Origin: Octopus vulgaris
Taxonomy: Eukaryota
NCBI GenBank assembly: GCA_951406725.2
Contig: OX597821.1
Location: forward strand, 21,948,001 to 22,012,000
Length of the DNA: 64,000 nt
Direction of reading: 5' to 3'
Both the position numbers and the translations under genes were made by a program. Shown here in pieces: positions 11,991-25,767 of this stretch. The first letter of the stretch is position 1, and each line of letters begins with the position of its first letter. The notes beneath the pieces are model-generated. The model saw only the letters and a program-made list of their open reading frames with translations. It searched no databases and was not told where the DNA came from.

Positions 11991-14222
11991 CTTAACTCAA
12001 TGTATACTGGTTGTTGGTTGGAGTTATTTCCCCTTTGTTTATACAAAAAAAATGTTCATGAGTTGGAGTAAGGTAAGTGGTCAATGACTGAGTTTTTGTA
12101 TGGCTCTGTGAGTAAACATGGATTCACGTGCACGATCTTCGTACAGCGCTGAAGGAACCACGAAGTTAAGAAGGAATATCTTAGAGTAACGCAAAACTCG
12201 GAAGAAAAATAAAGAGTACATTTGCTCATGGTCATTCAGTTGGTTTGTGTTGTAATGATTCTGTTTTTTCGGCAAACATTTATTGAGATGGAAACACTGG
12301 TTACAATTTCCAGAGTAACATTCTCAGTCCACAAATGTGCTGCAGTTATGCAGTATGACATACTTTACAACTCTGCTATCCATTATCTTCCTTGTTTTCT
12401 ACAATTTCTTTTGTACTTTAAATAGTTCAATAATCTTCTGCTTAATGCCGAGTGTAGTGGTATGATCTTTAAAATTATAGATGTAATTCAATAGTTTTGT
12501 TGCATTCCTCTCAACTATATTTCTGGAAAGAAGTGTACTTTAAAATTGGTGTCTGAATTTATCTTCACAGTAGATATATAGTATTTATGTACTATATTTA
12601 GATTTCAGTTGATGAAGGTGTCTTGTGCCTCGCAAAAGATCGCTTCAGCGTTGTACGGGTATCATGCACTTGTATTTCTCTCCTCTGCGTGCAGTTAACT
12701 TCAATTAATGTTAATGATATACATATTAAGTTTTTCATATTAGTAATACAAGTGTACCTTTTGTTTTAGATATTTTCTATGAATAATATTCGGTATCGGT
12801 GATTAATAACAATATTAAACTTAATATTTAAGGAAGATGTGTTGAACCGATAATATTACAGTGTCCTTTCCTAATATTTGATTATGGGTTTAGTAAACAA
12901 GTAATAATGTGATCTTGTCTCTGAATCCGCTGCTTCGAGTATTTTATTGTGACAGCGAGCCGTATCATCGAAGATACCACCATTCAATGGTACGCTAATG
13001 ATTTTCTACTCATATTATTAATCAAGGTTTTTTTAGAAAATTATGTACCAGTTGTAGGAATCTGTATTAATATATATATGAATGTTCTATTAGATTTATT
13101 ATGTGGTTTATATTTGACTGTCTAAGCTGGTGGTAACATCCTGTTATGGAAAATATTTAGGTTAGTGGTGACAATTATTTATAATCCGAAATTATTGAAA
13201 ATATTAATTAAGAGTTTTCTAAACGTATTTAATATATATCCATTGTATACTGGCTATATCCAACCCATCGTTACGATATATCCCTCTATCTATTGCACTG
13301 AGTTTCTTATTGAGTGCGTCTATGATATTCAGATCGACGGAATAACGTATCACTGAACCCCATATTGAAGAAGCAAGAAACCAGTGGCTCTGAATGTTTG
13401 TAATCTAGATAGAAAGTTTGTTGAAGAACAAAGTTTTTCTAGTATACCTAAAAATATCTATTACACATCTATATTGCTAAATATTTTAATGAATTCTAAA
13501 GCTCTTATCAATAGTGGTTTCCAAATAGGAGGAAAATTTCAGTAATTTAATCATGTTTATTATTAATATCATTTACCCAACTAATGATTGTACTACTATA
13601 ATTATATTGCTGTTGGTTGGTTACTTTTCTAATCTTGCTGCTAGTATTGATTAAGATTTTCATAGCAATTAATCCGGTCTTTGTTTTTGCGAGAGTGATT
13701 GATCTGGGTATATGATTAGAGGCAAAATTCTTCTTATGTTACTTAAACGTGACGTGTGATTCTCATTTAACTAAGCGATCTAATCTACAGTTTATTTGAA
13801 GTTTGTGATCTCTATCTTACACGTTAGCATTTATACTATTGCAAGCGTGTGCACCAGTGCACACTTTTTATACTTACAGTAACATTTACAGTGTTTTTTT
13901 TTAGTTTTTAGTTTTCATATACGGGGCAATTTCCTTATTTATTAGATAAGTATAAGTACTTGTAAAGTATCATCTTATGTTAATCTGATCTACGGCACTT
14001 GAGATACCCAATATAGCATTAAACAACACGCTTTTTATTGCTATCTGTCGGTGTCTTTACATAAGTAACAATCTCTCACTTTTATCAACTAAAAGCTTAA
14101 GTCATAAAGATTTTTAGTTTTATCTAAGAATATCAATGTTTTTATTAGGTGTATTATTTGTAATGTACTTGAAAATGAGATTTAACTTTGGTTTGGAAGT
14201 TATTGATGTACTTCCGGAAATT

Positions 14223-14287
<65 letters not shown>

Positions 14288-14483
14288 TAGGCTTCAAATA
14301 GTACCTGGTACATGGCTTTAGGAAAGCAGCTACGCGTCTTTACTATCAGTAGTAGTAGTAGTAGTAGTAGTAGGAGGAGGAGGAGGAGGAGGAGGAGGTG
14401 GTAAATAGGTAAGTTTGCCGGCATTTATAATACAACACCTGTCTCAGCTTCATTTGCGCGTAGTATCTCTTAAATAGCAGTAA

Positions 14484-14602
14484 TCGGTGAGATGGGAGAA
14501 TCGTTAGCACGTCGGGGGCGAAATGTTTAGCGACATTTCGTCTGTCTTCTCGTTCTGAGTTCAAATTCTGCTGAGATCCATTTTGCCTTTCATCCTTTCG
14601 GA
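14484..14602 (+). mobile_element. SINE family A, 5' part
   Basis: gaatcgttagcacg...gagttcaaattc...gcctttcatcctttcgg. Confidence 0.8.
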
Positions 14603-14984
14603 TGTGCCAAAATCACAAATAATATGATGCGATTTATTATATGAGTTTAAAAGTTTATAGTAATTTATTGAAAAATCTGCCCCTAACCAAATCATATTTT
14701 ATTATACTTACATTTTTATATCTTTATTATTTTGAACCAGCCGATGGAAAATAACGTAACCCTGTTAATGATTACTATATAATGAAATACGCCTCCTACA
14801 ATTTGTTAGTTTATCACGCTATTCACAATAATCTATAAATATTTGTCTCTGCTATTTCCGTGTGGGATTATGGATTATTTTTAATGTTCGATGATAATTA
14901 AGCTTCCATAAATAGGAAACTTCAAATCGCGTTGCATTATTATTATTATTATAAATATATATATTCATTATTTTCATGTTGAAC

Positions 14985-15195
14985 CGTTAATCCCCACACA
15001 TTTTTATCTCTCACCGTTTTTATTTATTTATTTATTTATTTTGTTCTCTCTCTTTTTTGTTCCTCTCATACCTTTCTGTCGAAGAGTGTACGGTAGAAAC
15101 GTCAAAAACTTTTCCATTCTTCCCGAGTGTCAAACTAACGTATATGCTGTTGTTCCTTCACCTATCTTCGTCTTTTTTTTTTTGTGAATTCTCCC

Positions 15196-15196
<1 letters not shown>
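14985..15196 (+). mobile_element. P2 mini-element with hammerhead-like motif ending at a TA array
   Basis: cttt-CTGTCGAA-gagtgtacggta-GAAAC-GTC-aaaa; 3' end gtgaattctccc is shared with 24955 and 57825. Confidence 0.7.
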
Positions 15197-15262
<66 letters not shown>

Positions 15263-15304
15263 ATATATATACACGCGCACACAAACATAGATAGACAGAC
15301 AGAC

Positions 15305-15361
<57 letters not shown>

Positions 15362-15499
15362 CTGGACTCTCCGTCGAAGACAGCGTATAAACATTCAGCT
15401 TTTGTCGAAAGACCTGCACAAATAATTTGCATTTTGTCATCAAAAGTATGTGCGTACATTAACTTATTCCTTCCATAAAATCGATGTTGCCTGAACAGA

Positions 15500-15645
15500 T
15501 GCACGGTGTACTACGGCCAGGTCTCGAAGTGATAGGAGAGCAGTGTGAGATGAAGTGTTTTGCACAACGCACCACCCGGTTTAGGAATTGACACCGCGAT
15601 TCTGCGATGAGTACAACACCCTAACCATTAGGTCATGCGTCCTCA
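15500..15645 (-). mobile_element. tRNA-head SINE (family C-related), degenerate
   Basis: Minus strand ggacgcatgacctaatggttagggtgttg...gtcaattcct. Confidence 0.55.
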
Positions 15646-15689
15646 CACACACGCATACATACATATATATGCATGTATATCTATTTATT

Positions 15690-16065
15690 AGATTGCGGCC
15701 ATGCTGGGGCACCACCTTCAAGAATTTTAGTCGAATGAATCGACAGCAGTACTTCCTTTTTTAAGTCTGGTTCTTATCCTATCGATAGCTTTGGTTGAAC
15801 TGCTAGATTACGAGGACCTAAACACGCCAACGCTGGTTGTCAAGCGACACACAGACATAGCTATATACATACATATATGTGTGTGTATGTGGTGCGTGTG
15901 AATACGACGGGCATTTTTCCTGTTCAGTGTACCAAATCCACTCACAAGGCTTTGGTCGATCCGAGGCTATAACAGAAGATACCTGCCCAAGGTGTCACGC
16001 AGTTGTGCTAAACACGGAACCATCTGGTTGGGATGCAAGCTTCTTGCCACACAGCCACGCCTGCC
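15690..16065 (-). mobile_element. SINE family B
   Basis: Reverse complement of head ggcgtggctgtgtggcaag and tail cccagcatggccgca. Confidence 0.85.
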
Positions 16066-16154
16066 CGACATTTTATTCACACCACACACACTCACCAAAA
16101 ATGTTTCCAACCCTACTTAACTACCATTAGATGTTAATTACCAATTAATTACCA

Positions 16155-16385
16155 TTAGCTAGCAAAAATGTTAGCGCATGGGACAAAATGCTTAGCGGAG
16201 TTCAAATTTCACCAAGGTCATCTTTGCCCTTTGTCTTTTGGGGTCGATAAAATGAATACCAGTTGAGCACTGGGGTCGATCTAATCAACTTAACCCCTCT
16301 CTCGAAATTGCTGGTCGTGTACCAAATTTTGAGACCATTATTATTATCCCGAAATTTCAGACCTTGTGCCTATAATAGAAAGGAT
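16155..16385 (+). mobile_element. SINE family A, degenerate
   Basis: gagttcaaatt...ggggtcgataaaatgaataccagttgagcactggggtcgat. Confidence 0.75.
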
Positions 16386-16399
16386 CATTATTATTATTT

Positions 16400-17255
16400 A
16401 CTTTTAATCTGCATGTTTGTTACTATCACTTGCCGGAACATACCCAGTGTCCTGGGACGAGTGAAGGATAAGAGATGTTACAGTATGACTGAAAGCCTAA
16501 GGAGGGGAAGCAGTAGCGAAATATCTTCATGTAATACAACACTGACACTTAAATCGGTAGAGTTCTTCTAAGGATGTGGACAGTACTTGTCAGCACAATC
16601 TTTTGGAATTCTCTGAGACATGGTCCTCCTGGGATATTATCTAGATCTTTCAGACATTCCTTTCTTATCATACGTAGGGAAGCCACTATAACAGGAGCAA
16701 TTCTCGTTTTAAAATGCCACATCTTTTGTATTTCAGTTTCCAGGTCTTTATATTTACTTAATTTGTCAAATTCCTTTGCAGATATATTTTTATCAGTGGG
16801 AACACCTACATCTATTGGTTTACAAGTATTTTCTTTCCTGTCTCTAATGACTAAGGCTAACCTGGAAAGTGCTGCCGGTGTTGACTGGAAAGTCTCAGAG
16901 GATAGTGACATTTTTACCTTCAACGACTGGCTCAGGACGCTGTTCATACCAGCAAGCAGGAATGATGATTTTGTAGTGTTTACATATTTTCCAATGTAAA
17001 TAATTTTCTACCCTATTATGGCGATTTTTGTATTCGTTTGGTGTCAGGACAGGACATTCCAAGACGAAATGTCTATTCTTTCATCAAATGTATCGCAGAA
17101 TCTGCATTTAGGCTCAGAACCGTTTTGAAGAACATTAGCCTGGTAGTTTTTGGAATGCAAGCTTTGACCTTGCGCCGCAAATATAAAACCTTCAGTCCTC
17201 AGTTACTCAGTCACTGACAGGTTATTGCTTATTGTCTACATCAGCATTTTGCCTT
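16400..17255 (-). mobile_element. Dong/R4-clade LINE 3' fragment (CCHC motif and restriction-like endonuclease)
   Basis: EGFIFAAQ, PKCRFC, IDVGVPTDKNISAKEFDKLSKYKDLETEIQKMW, TVHILRRTL; TTA arrays on both sides. Confidence 0.9.
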
Positions 17256-17259
17256 CGAA

Positions 17260-17260
<1 letters not shown>

Positions 17261-17312
<52 letters not shown>

Positions 17313-17329
17313 CATCATCATCACCATTC

Positions 17330-17372
<43 letters not shown>

Positions 17373-17435
17373 CTTTAGTCCTCAGTTACTCAGTCACTGA
17401 CAGGTTATTGCTTGGTCTACATCATCATCATCATC

Positions 17436-17481
<46 letters not shown>

Positions 17482-17503
17482 TTAATTAACATCATCATCA
17501 TCA

Positions 17504-17577
<74 letters not shown>
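17261..17577. repeat. (TTA)n/(TCA)n arrays
   Basis: Direct reading. Confidence 0.95.
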
Positions 17578-17579
<2 letters not shown>

Positions 17580-17970
17580 AGCGGTAAGCTGACAGAATCG
17601 TTATCACGCCGGACGAAATGCATATCGGTATTTCGTCTGCCGTTACGTTGTGAGTTCAAATTCCGCCGAGGTCGACTTTCATCATTTCGGGGTCGATTAA
17701 ATAAGTACCAGTTACGCACTGGGGTCGATATAATCGACTTAATCCATTTGTCTATCCTTGTTTGTCCTCTCTGTGTTTAGCCTCCTGTAGGTAGTAAAGA
17801 AATAGGTATTTCGTTTGTCGCTACGATCTGTGTTCAAATTCCGCCGAGATCCACTTTACCTGCCATCTCTCCGGGGTTGATGGAATAATTACCGGCTGAG
17901 TACTGACGTCGACACAATACTAGATCCCGTCCACAAATTTTCAGTCCTTGTGTCTATAGTAGAAAGGATC
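17578..17970 (+). mobile_element. SINE family A (full copy followed by a partial second copy)
   Basis: The ttcaaattccgccgag module occurs twice (about 17656 and 17833). Confidence 0.85.
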
Positions 17971-17971
17971 G

Positions 17972-18026
<55 letters not shown>

Positions 18027-18070
18027 TATCATCATCATCATCATCATCATCGCTATTAATATTAATATCC

Positions 18071-18143
<73 letters not shown>

Positions 18144-18166
18144 TTTATCAACATCATCATCGTAAA

Positions 18167-18206
<40 letters not shown>

Positions 18207-18263
18207 TTGATAATAAAAGTATTGTTATTGTTGTTGTTGTTGTTGTTGTTATTGTTGTTATTA

Positions 18264-18309
<46 letters not shown>

Positions 18310-18325
18310 GATTATCATTATCATT
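17972..18325. repeat. (TCA)n/(TTA)n/(TAA)n/(TTG)n arrays
   Basis: Direct reading. Confidence 0.95.
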
Positions 18326-18677
18326 AACCATTACCTAACTTGGTTGCCAGTCTCACCTGTCGGCCGTCCTGCATGGAGATGATGAGATCAGCTGACTACT
18401 GAGAGATGCAACTAGCAACCTGTCTTGCACACACTTTAGCTCTGCTAAATCACAACAGCTGTTTAGTTTTGTCATTAGCTCTGTGTGACATACCTTGCAA
18501 ATTTTACCTGAACGTCCTGTTGCCTTTACACACACACACACAAACACACACAAACACACACACACGCACACACGCATGCACGCACACATTTACATACATA
18601 TGAGTGTATATATATATATATATATTTCTCATGCACACACTAATTTTCCATATGTAGCGTCATCTGTCTATTTGCTT

Positions 18678-18719
<42 letters not shown>

Positions 18720-18752
18720 AAGTAGATAGAATGATGGATAGATAAGCAGTTA

Positions 18753-18796
<44 letters not shown>

Positions 18797-19119
18797 CTAA
18801 CTGCTTATCTATCCACCATTCTATCTACTTGACTATTTGTCAATTTAGCATATTGTCCTTCTATGCAATCACAAACAGCTGATTAATTCTTCTAGGTGCA
18901 ACATACCTGTACTAACTATCTATTGATCCATCCCATTATCAGTCGATCCCTCAGTATCTTTCTACCTCTATCTTATCATATATAATTTATCAATATAATT
19001 AATCTATCCGTCGATCTCTTTATCTATCTATTGCTATTCTGATATATGCCTATCTATTCAATTACTTTCTTACATACCACGACTAATCATTTCTCCTACT
19101 CACCGCATCCTTCAGCCGA

Positions 19120-19128
19120 TCTATCTAA

Positions 19129-19203
<75 letters not shown>

Positions 19204-19585
19204 ATCTATCCATCTATATATCTATCTATCTATCAATCTCTCTATCAGTCTATTTCTATATCTATCTTTCTGTCTCTGTCGATTTTTCTATTTCTATGGC
19301 TATATATCAATATGTCAATGTATCCAACATCCCGAGCTATTTCTCTTCCCATTTATCGTTTATGTTTTTCCGTTTTATGTTCATATTGTTTTGCATATAA
19401 TTAACTATTCTTATACATATAACTAGCGAAGTTTTTTTGATTATTCATATGTGTGTGTATGCATTTATCTAAATATCATTTTTCTTACCTATCCATAAAT
19501 CTACCTGATATTTTAGTCAGTTATCGATTCATCGAAATCACAACCAATCCAACCATCTGTCGGACAATTATCTATCTATCTATCC

Positions 19586-19656
<71 letters not shown>

Positions 19657-19691
19657 ACTCTATCTATCTATCTATCTATCTATCTATCACA

Positions 19692-19724
<33 letters not shown>

Positions 19725-19728
19725 CATA

Positions 19729-19799
<71 letters not shown>

Positions 19800-19800
19800 T
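19120..19800. repeat. (TATC)n arrays, partly degenerate
   Basis: Direct reading. Confidence 0.9.
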
Positions 19801-20192
19801 GATGCATTTATCTATCTTTCCATTTTGCTATTCAAATGTATATCTCTTCATATCAGAATCACAACTTGCATTCACAGCCACACACAGACACACACACACA
19901 CATTTATACATACTTGCATACACACAGGCATACATTGTTTCATACACACTCATACTTTACTCCATATTACATACTTATACACATACACGCCAAACATCTT
20001 GACAGTTTGATATAACTATATACATATATACTTATATCCTAATAAATATACATATGCACATAACATAGATATATATGTATGCATACATATATATAGATAC
20101 ACACACACACATATATATATATATACATATACATATATATGTACATATATATATATATATACATATATATACATACATAGATATATATATAT

Positions 20193-20259
<67 letters not shown>

Positions 20260-20479
20260 CACTTTCACTCACATACATTTAGACATACATTTACTTAGAA
20301 ATGTAGTTATATCATTGACCGTTATATACCTCTCTCTCTCTCAATATATATATATATATATATATATACATACATACATACATACATGCATTCATACATA
20401 CATATTAAAGACGTACATACGTCCGAGTACATGCATATATTCACAGACACACTTACACAAAGACACACACTCTCACTGT

Positions 20480-20689
20480 AACATAACACGGTCTTCATCT
20501 ACCTGGTCCACGCACATCCAACAGCAGCAGCAGCAGCAGCATCTCACCGTCACCACCCATTTACAATCCACCTCCACCGCCACCTCTACTATCACACTTC
20601 ATTCTATTTTCAACTCTCCTTACCTCTCTCTCTCTTTCTGTTTAGCTGTCTCTGTCTCTATCAATCTATCTATCTATCTATCTGTCTCC

Positions 20690-20741
<52 letters not shown>

Positions 20742-20875
20742 ACCCACCTCCTGCATCATTATCAGTTGACCGCCATCATCCCGAGCGGTGACAGATATAC
20801 CTGCTCCGATCTTCTTCGCTCTCACCTAGATTCATCTGAGACGGACTGGACAAACCTCACTTGGTCACTTCCTCT

Positions 20876-20927
<52 letters not shown>

Positions 20928-20978
20928 CTTATCTATCTCTATATAGTTATATCTCTATGTATTGAGCCATCTCTCTTT

Positions 20979-21027
<49 letters not shown>

Positions 21028-21320
21028 GATCCCTCATCTCTCCCGACACATTTCACTACTAATCCCGAGTGCAGTGATCGAATACTACCTACCGAGACTT
21101 ACCTCATTAATAAGCGGACATTTAGTGGGCAGTGGAAGGAAAGAGGAGTGGGAGAGGAGAAGAGCTGGAGAGTAAGAGAGGAGGAGAGAGGTAGAAGACC
21201 TGATATTTGGGGGGTGGGGGTGTCGGACATGATAAGAGCTTGGCCAATGATGTCGAACAAGCGGTCAGTGAAACCGGGATGGTGTACACCGTGGACAATG
21301 GTAGGTGACATAATATCACT
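20480..21320. other. Non-TE, GC-richer island between (CT)n tracts; possible promoter or first exon
   Basis: No TE similarity recognised; consensus donor GAG|GTAAGT on the minus strand at 21103; CCAAT at 21244. Confidence 0.25.
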
Positions 21321-21843
21321 CTCTCTCTCTCTTTCTTTCACTTTCTCTCTCTCACTCTTTCGCCCTCTCAGTCATTCTCTCTCTCTCTTTCTCTCTCGTT
21401 CTCTCTCTCATTCTCTCTTTCTCTATCGCTGTCTTCCTTCTCTTTCTCCCCTCTCTCTATTTCACTCTCTCTCTCTCCACACTATCTATCTATCTACCTA
21501 TCTATCTTTCTATATCCCTTTCTCTATCTTTCTGTCTATCTTCCATTCGTGTGTATGTGTACGTGTACTATATATATATGTGTGTATGTGTGTGCATATG
21601 TGTGTATGTGTGTATCAGTTTCGCTATTTAACTGTATATCTATCGATCTATCTGTCTGACTATCTATCCCTGTCTATGTATCTATGTATTTTCTGTCTAT
21701 TTTTCTATCTATCTATCAGTCTATCTATCCATCAATTTATCTCTCCATCTATCTATCTAACAATTTATCTATCTTTTTATCTATCTGTCTATGTATCTAC
21801 CTAAAGGATTGTCTATTTTTCTATCTATCTATCTATCTATCTA

Positions 21844-21881
<38 letters not shown>

Positions 21882-21949
21882 CTACCTATCTATCTATTAT
21901 CTATCTATTTATCTTTGTCTATGTATTTATCTGACTGTCTATTTGTCTG

Positions 21950-21981
<32 letters not shown>

Positions 21982-22767
21982 CATATCTATAAATCTATCT
22001 ATTTATCTATCTGTCCATTTATCTATCTATTTATCTATTTGTCTGTCTATCTATTCTTCTACCTCTTAGTCTACCTAACAATCTCTCTATGTATGTATAT
22101 GTCTTTTTGACAGTCCGTCGTTTTTTGTATCCATCGATGCATGTCTTTATCTATATATCTGTCTTTTTATCGATCTGTTGAGCTATGTATCTATTTATCG
22201 GTCTATTTGTCTTCTAACCATGTCTTTCTAACTATCGATCCGTCTAATAATTCATATTTTTGTTTATCTACTCCAAGGTCTATCTCTCCAATTCTATCTC
22301 TGTTCCTTCTTCCGTTTTGCTCTCCACGTCAATCGCTCTCTCCTCCACACCCATATACGTGTACAAGCGTATGCGTCTTTATATAAGAGAGAGAGAGTGT
22401 GAAAGAGGAAGAGAGAGAGAGTGTGAAAGAGGAAGAGAGAGAGTGTGAAAGAGGAGGAGAGAGAGAGAGAGCGAGAGAGTGAGTGAGTGAAAGAGAAATA
22501 GACCTTTTGTCGTAATATTTGTCTTTCTATATATTCTGTAATGTTATTTAATTTAAAACTAATTAATAAATCCAACAATCTCCCTGTTTTCGTATATACC
22601 TCAAAGTACCCTTAAATGTATAAGCATTTATAAGTACGTTTAAAGGACTGCGATATGGATGTGTGTGCACGTGTGTGTGCGTGCGTCCATCTGTTGGTCA
22701 ACTGCTAGACGTTTCTTTCATTTTTTCTTTACTTTGCATTGTGTTAGCAGTTACCCCGCTGGGCCCT

Positions 22768-22804
<37 letters not shown>

Positions 22805-22949
22805 TTTTTTCTCTCTCAATTTCTCTTTATCTCTCTCTCTATCTCGCTACGTCTCAATCTCTTTGATGCGAAATGTGTAGTATAAGTGTGTGCATGCGTG
22901 AATAAGAGAGATTGAGAGAGGAAGTGAGAGACAGAGAGATGGGGGTAGA

Positions 22950-23150
22950 CTCAGAGACAAACAAGGACAGACAAACGGATTAAGTCGATTACATCGACCC
23001 CAGTGCGTAACTGGTACTTAATTTATCGACCCCAAAAGGATGAAAGGCAAAGTCGACCTCGGCGGAATTTGAACCCAGAACGTAACGGTAAACGAAATAC
23101 GGCTACGCATTTCGCCTGGCGTGCTAACGTTTCTGCCAGCTCGCCGCCTT
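22950..23150 (-). mobile_element. SINE family A
   Basis: Reverse complement of ggcggcgagctggcagaaacgttagcacgcc and the central domain. Confidence 0.9.
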
Positions 23151-23277
23151 CATATATGTCTAGGAAAGTGAAAGATGTGTACAGAGACGCGGACAACAAA
23201 GAAAATAGGTAGAAAGGAAGAAGGAAAGATAGGAAGAACAGAGATAAGATGATGTGAAATTATATTTTGTGTGTGTC

Positions 23278-23488
23278 TTTGGCACTCCGTCAACAACGAC
23301 GACGAATGTTCCAGTTGATCCGATCAACAGTCTGCTAGTTGAATTAACCCGCTGAGTGGCTGAGCATCCCTCATACACACGTAACCTTAATGTAATACTC
23401 AAGGAGTTTCCACGTAACGCTCGGAATGTGACAAGGTTGGCCCTTTGAATTTACAAATACAACTCATTTTTGCCGGCTGAGTGGACAA
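23278..23488 (-). mobile_element. SINE family C, 3' part
   Basis: Reverse complement matches 44850-45008 (gctcagccact, gttgatcggatcaac, gacggagtgc). Confidence 0.75.
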
Positions 23489-23599
23489 ATATATATATAT
23501 ATATACAGAGAGGGAGAGAGAGTGAGAGAGAGAGATAGATGAGAAAGACAACTAGATAGACAGACAGACAGAAGACAGATTAAAGCAGTATAGAAAAGG

Positions 23600-23690
23600 C
23601 AAACAGCTTTGGAAGACTTGAGAAAGACATTTAATTTAACTTTATAATAAAAAGTTTAGATTATCTCTGACAGCTGTTTCTAGAACATCT
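23600..23690 (-). mobile_element. PLE-type tail with hammerhead 3' half
   Basis: Minus strand GAAAC-AGCT-GTC-agag at 23665-23680; the 5' half is absent, with a SINE B copy adjacent. Confidence 0.4.
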
Positions 23691-23694
23691 CAGC

Positions 23695-24050
23695 TCTAAG
23701 AAGCTTGCTTCCCAGTCACATGGCTCAGTGCCACTGCGTGGCACCTAGGGCAAATGTCTTCTGCCATTGCCCCGGGCCGATCAAAGCCTTGTGAGTACAT
23801 TTGGTAGACGGAAACTAAAAGAAGCCCGTCACATATATACATGGATGTAAATCCATGTGTGTGTTTTTATGTCTGTGTGTACGCCTCCACCACCGCCTGA
23901 CAACCGGTATTGGTGTGTTTGCGTCTCCATAACTTAGCGGTTCGTCCAAACATGCCGATGGAATAAGCACTGGGGTCGATTCATTCGACTAAAACAAATT
24001 CAAACACTGCCCCGCAGACCGAAACAAGTACAAGAACAACAGATTAAAAG
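23695..24050 (+). mobile_element. SINE family B, degenerate
   Basis: ccactgcgtggcacc...ggtagacggaaactaaaagaagcccgtc...cttagcggttcg. Confidence 0.85.
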
Positions 24051-24070
24051 AAAATATTTATGTGTGTGTG

Positions 24071-24121
<51 letters not shown>

Positions 24122-24228
24122 TTATATAACTACCTACGTACACATATGTACATATATGTATACATATAGGGTTCCATATTTAAATGTGCGTGTATATATA
24201 TCTATATCTATATATCTGTCTCTCTCTA

Positions 24229-24278
<50 letters not shown>

Positions 24279-24649
24279 TTATATATGAATATATAAATTA
24301 TATATATATAAATTTATATACAAATACATAAACTTATATGCGTTCGTGTTTTTGTTTGCGTGTACTTGAGTCCATGGATTCATTGTGTTCATGTTTAGCC
24401 CCCCCACCTAAACACCTGTAATGGTATTTCTTATACGAAGAAATAAAAAACAAACGTGAGCAAAGTGCCATATTTAATAAATTTATCCATGATGAGGAAT
24501 AATGAATAATTAATATGGATGCAAATTCTATTTTGGTTTTTCCTGTTTTCGTCTTTTTTATTTTACTTTTTTAATTAATAATGAGTGGCGAATGTGCAAA
24601 ATATTTCACACACTCACATATGAATATACATATGTTTATATATAATATA

Positions 24650-24765
24650 GGCGCGTTGTTCTGTGGTTAGAGTGGACTCAGGATCTTATGATTCTGGTTT
24701 CGATTCCTGGACCAGACGATTCGTTGTGTTTTTGAGCAAAGCATTTCGCTTCATTTAGCTCTAGT
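24650..24765 (+). mobile_element. tRNA-head SINE fragment (family C-related)
   Basis: gtggttagagtggactc...ggtttcgattcctggacc. Confidence 0.55.
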
Positions 24766-24853
24766 CGTAAATAATTTTCCCAAGTGGACAATAATGACTT
24801 TATATGACTCGAGAAGGATCTTCACCATCTCGATCTCTTTTTTTGTTTCTGTC

Positions 24854-24916
<63 letters not shown>

Positions 24917-24954
24917 CCCTCTCCCCCTTCCTCTCTTTAAATATACATATATTT

Positions 24955-25080
24955 TAATGTGGAAGAGCGTAGGCTCGAAACGTTAAAGACATTTTCACTT
25001 CCTGAGCGTTATACTAATATATCTGTTTGTTGTCTACACCACCTGTCTTCGTATTTTTTTTGTTTTGTGAATTCTCCCTA
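24955..25080 (+). mobile_element. P2 mini-element
   Basis: gaagagcgtaggctcgaaacgttaaagac...gtgaattctccc followed by TA. Confidence 0.75.
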
Positions 25081-25218
25081 TATATATTAATCAGCCGAAA
25101 TTACTACGATGATCCGGTTCTTGACTGAAGACTGAGGGTTTCGAATGTCCTGTCCGTGTTTATTGTATCGTCTTCTAAGAGTTATACGTTCTTGTCCATG
25201 TTGTATTTTTCTACATAC

Positions 25219-25256
<38 letters not shown>

Positions 25257-25385
25257 GAACACACACGTTCACTGTCTGTGGCATTTGTTATATTTGTTAC
25301 ATATATTTGTGTGTGTGTGTGTGTGTGCGTGCATATGTATGTATATGTATATATATAGATAGATAGATAATTATACCATATGTTA

Positions 25386-25678
25386 CATACTTATTATATC
25401 ATAACCTTGATACGGTGTGGTCTAAGATCTCCGTTGACAGGCCACTGGTATTTATAGAGTGTTAAACACCTTCGGTATGCAAATTAGGGATTCTTTCATA
25501 AAGTAACTGCTACATTTGTTGAGTATATAAACAGTTTGGCTGCTTGTTTCTCTGGAGTCTGTTAGAATGATGTAGACGCCACTGATGAGAACCCTGTAAG
25601 TTTCAAAAACCGATTACGGTTGTTCATTATTTGTTTTCCCGTTTGCGGGGAAATAGCTAAAATTTGCCCCGTTTATAA
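25386..25678 (+). mobile_element. ~290 bp non-coding insertion with hammerhead-like motif and 14-bp flanking direct repeat
   Basis: tataccatatgtta at 25372-25385 and 25679-25692; CTGATGA at 25582. Confidence 0.55.
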
Positions 25679-25693
25679 TATACCATATGTTAT

Positions 25694-25767
<74 letters not shown>

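Noticed and set aside
25120-25155. CTGAAGA...cgaa as another hammerhead
   Set aside because: No GAAA and no consistent stems.
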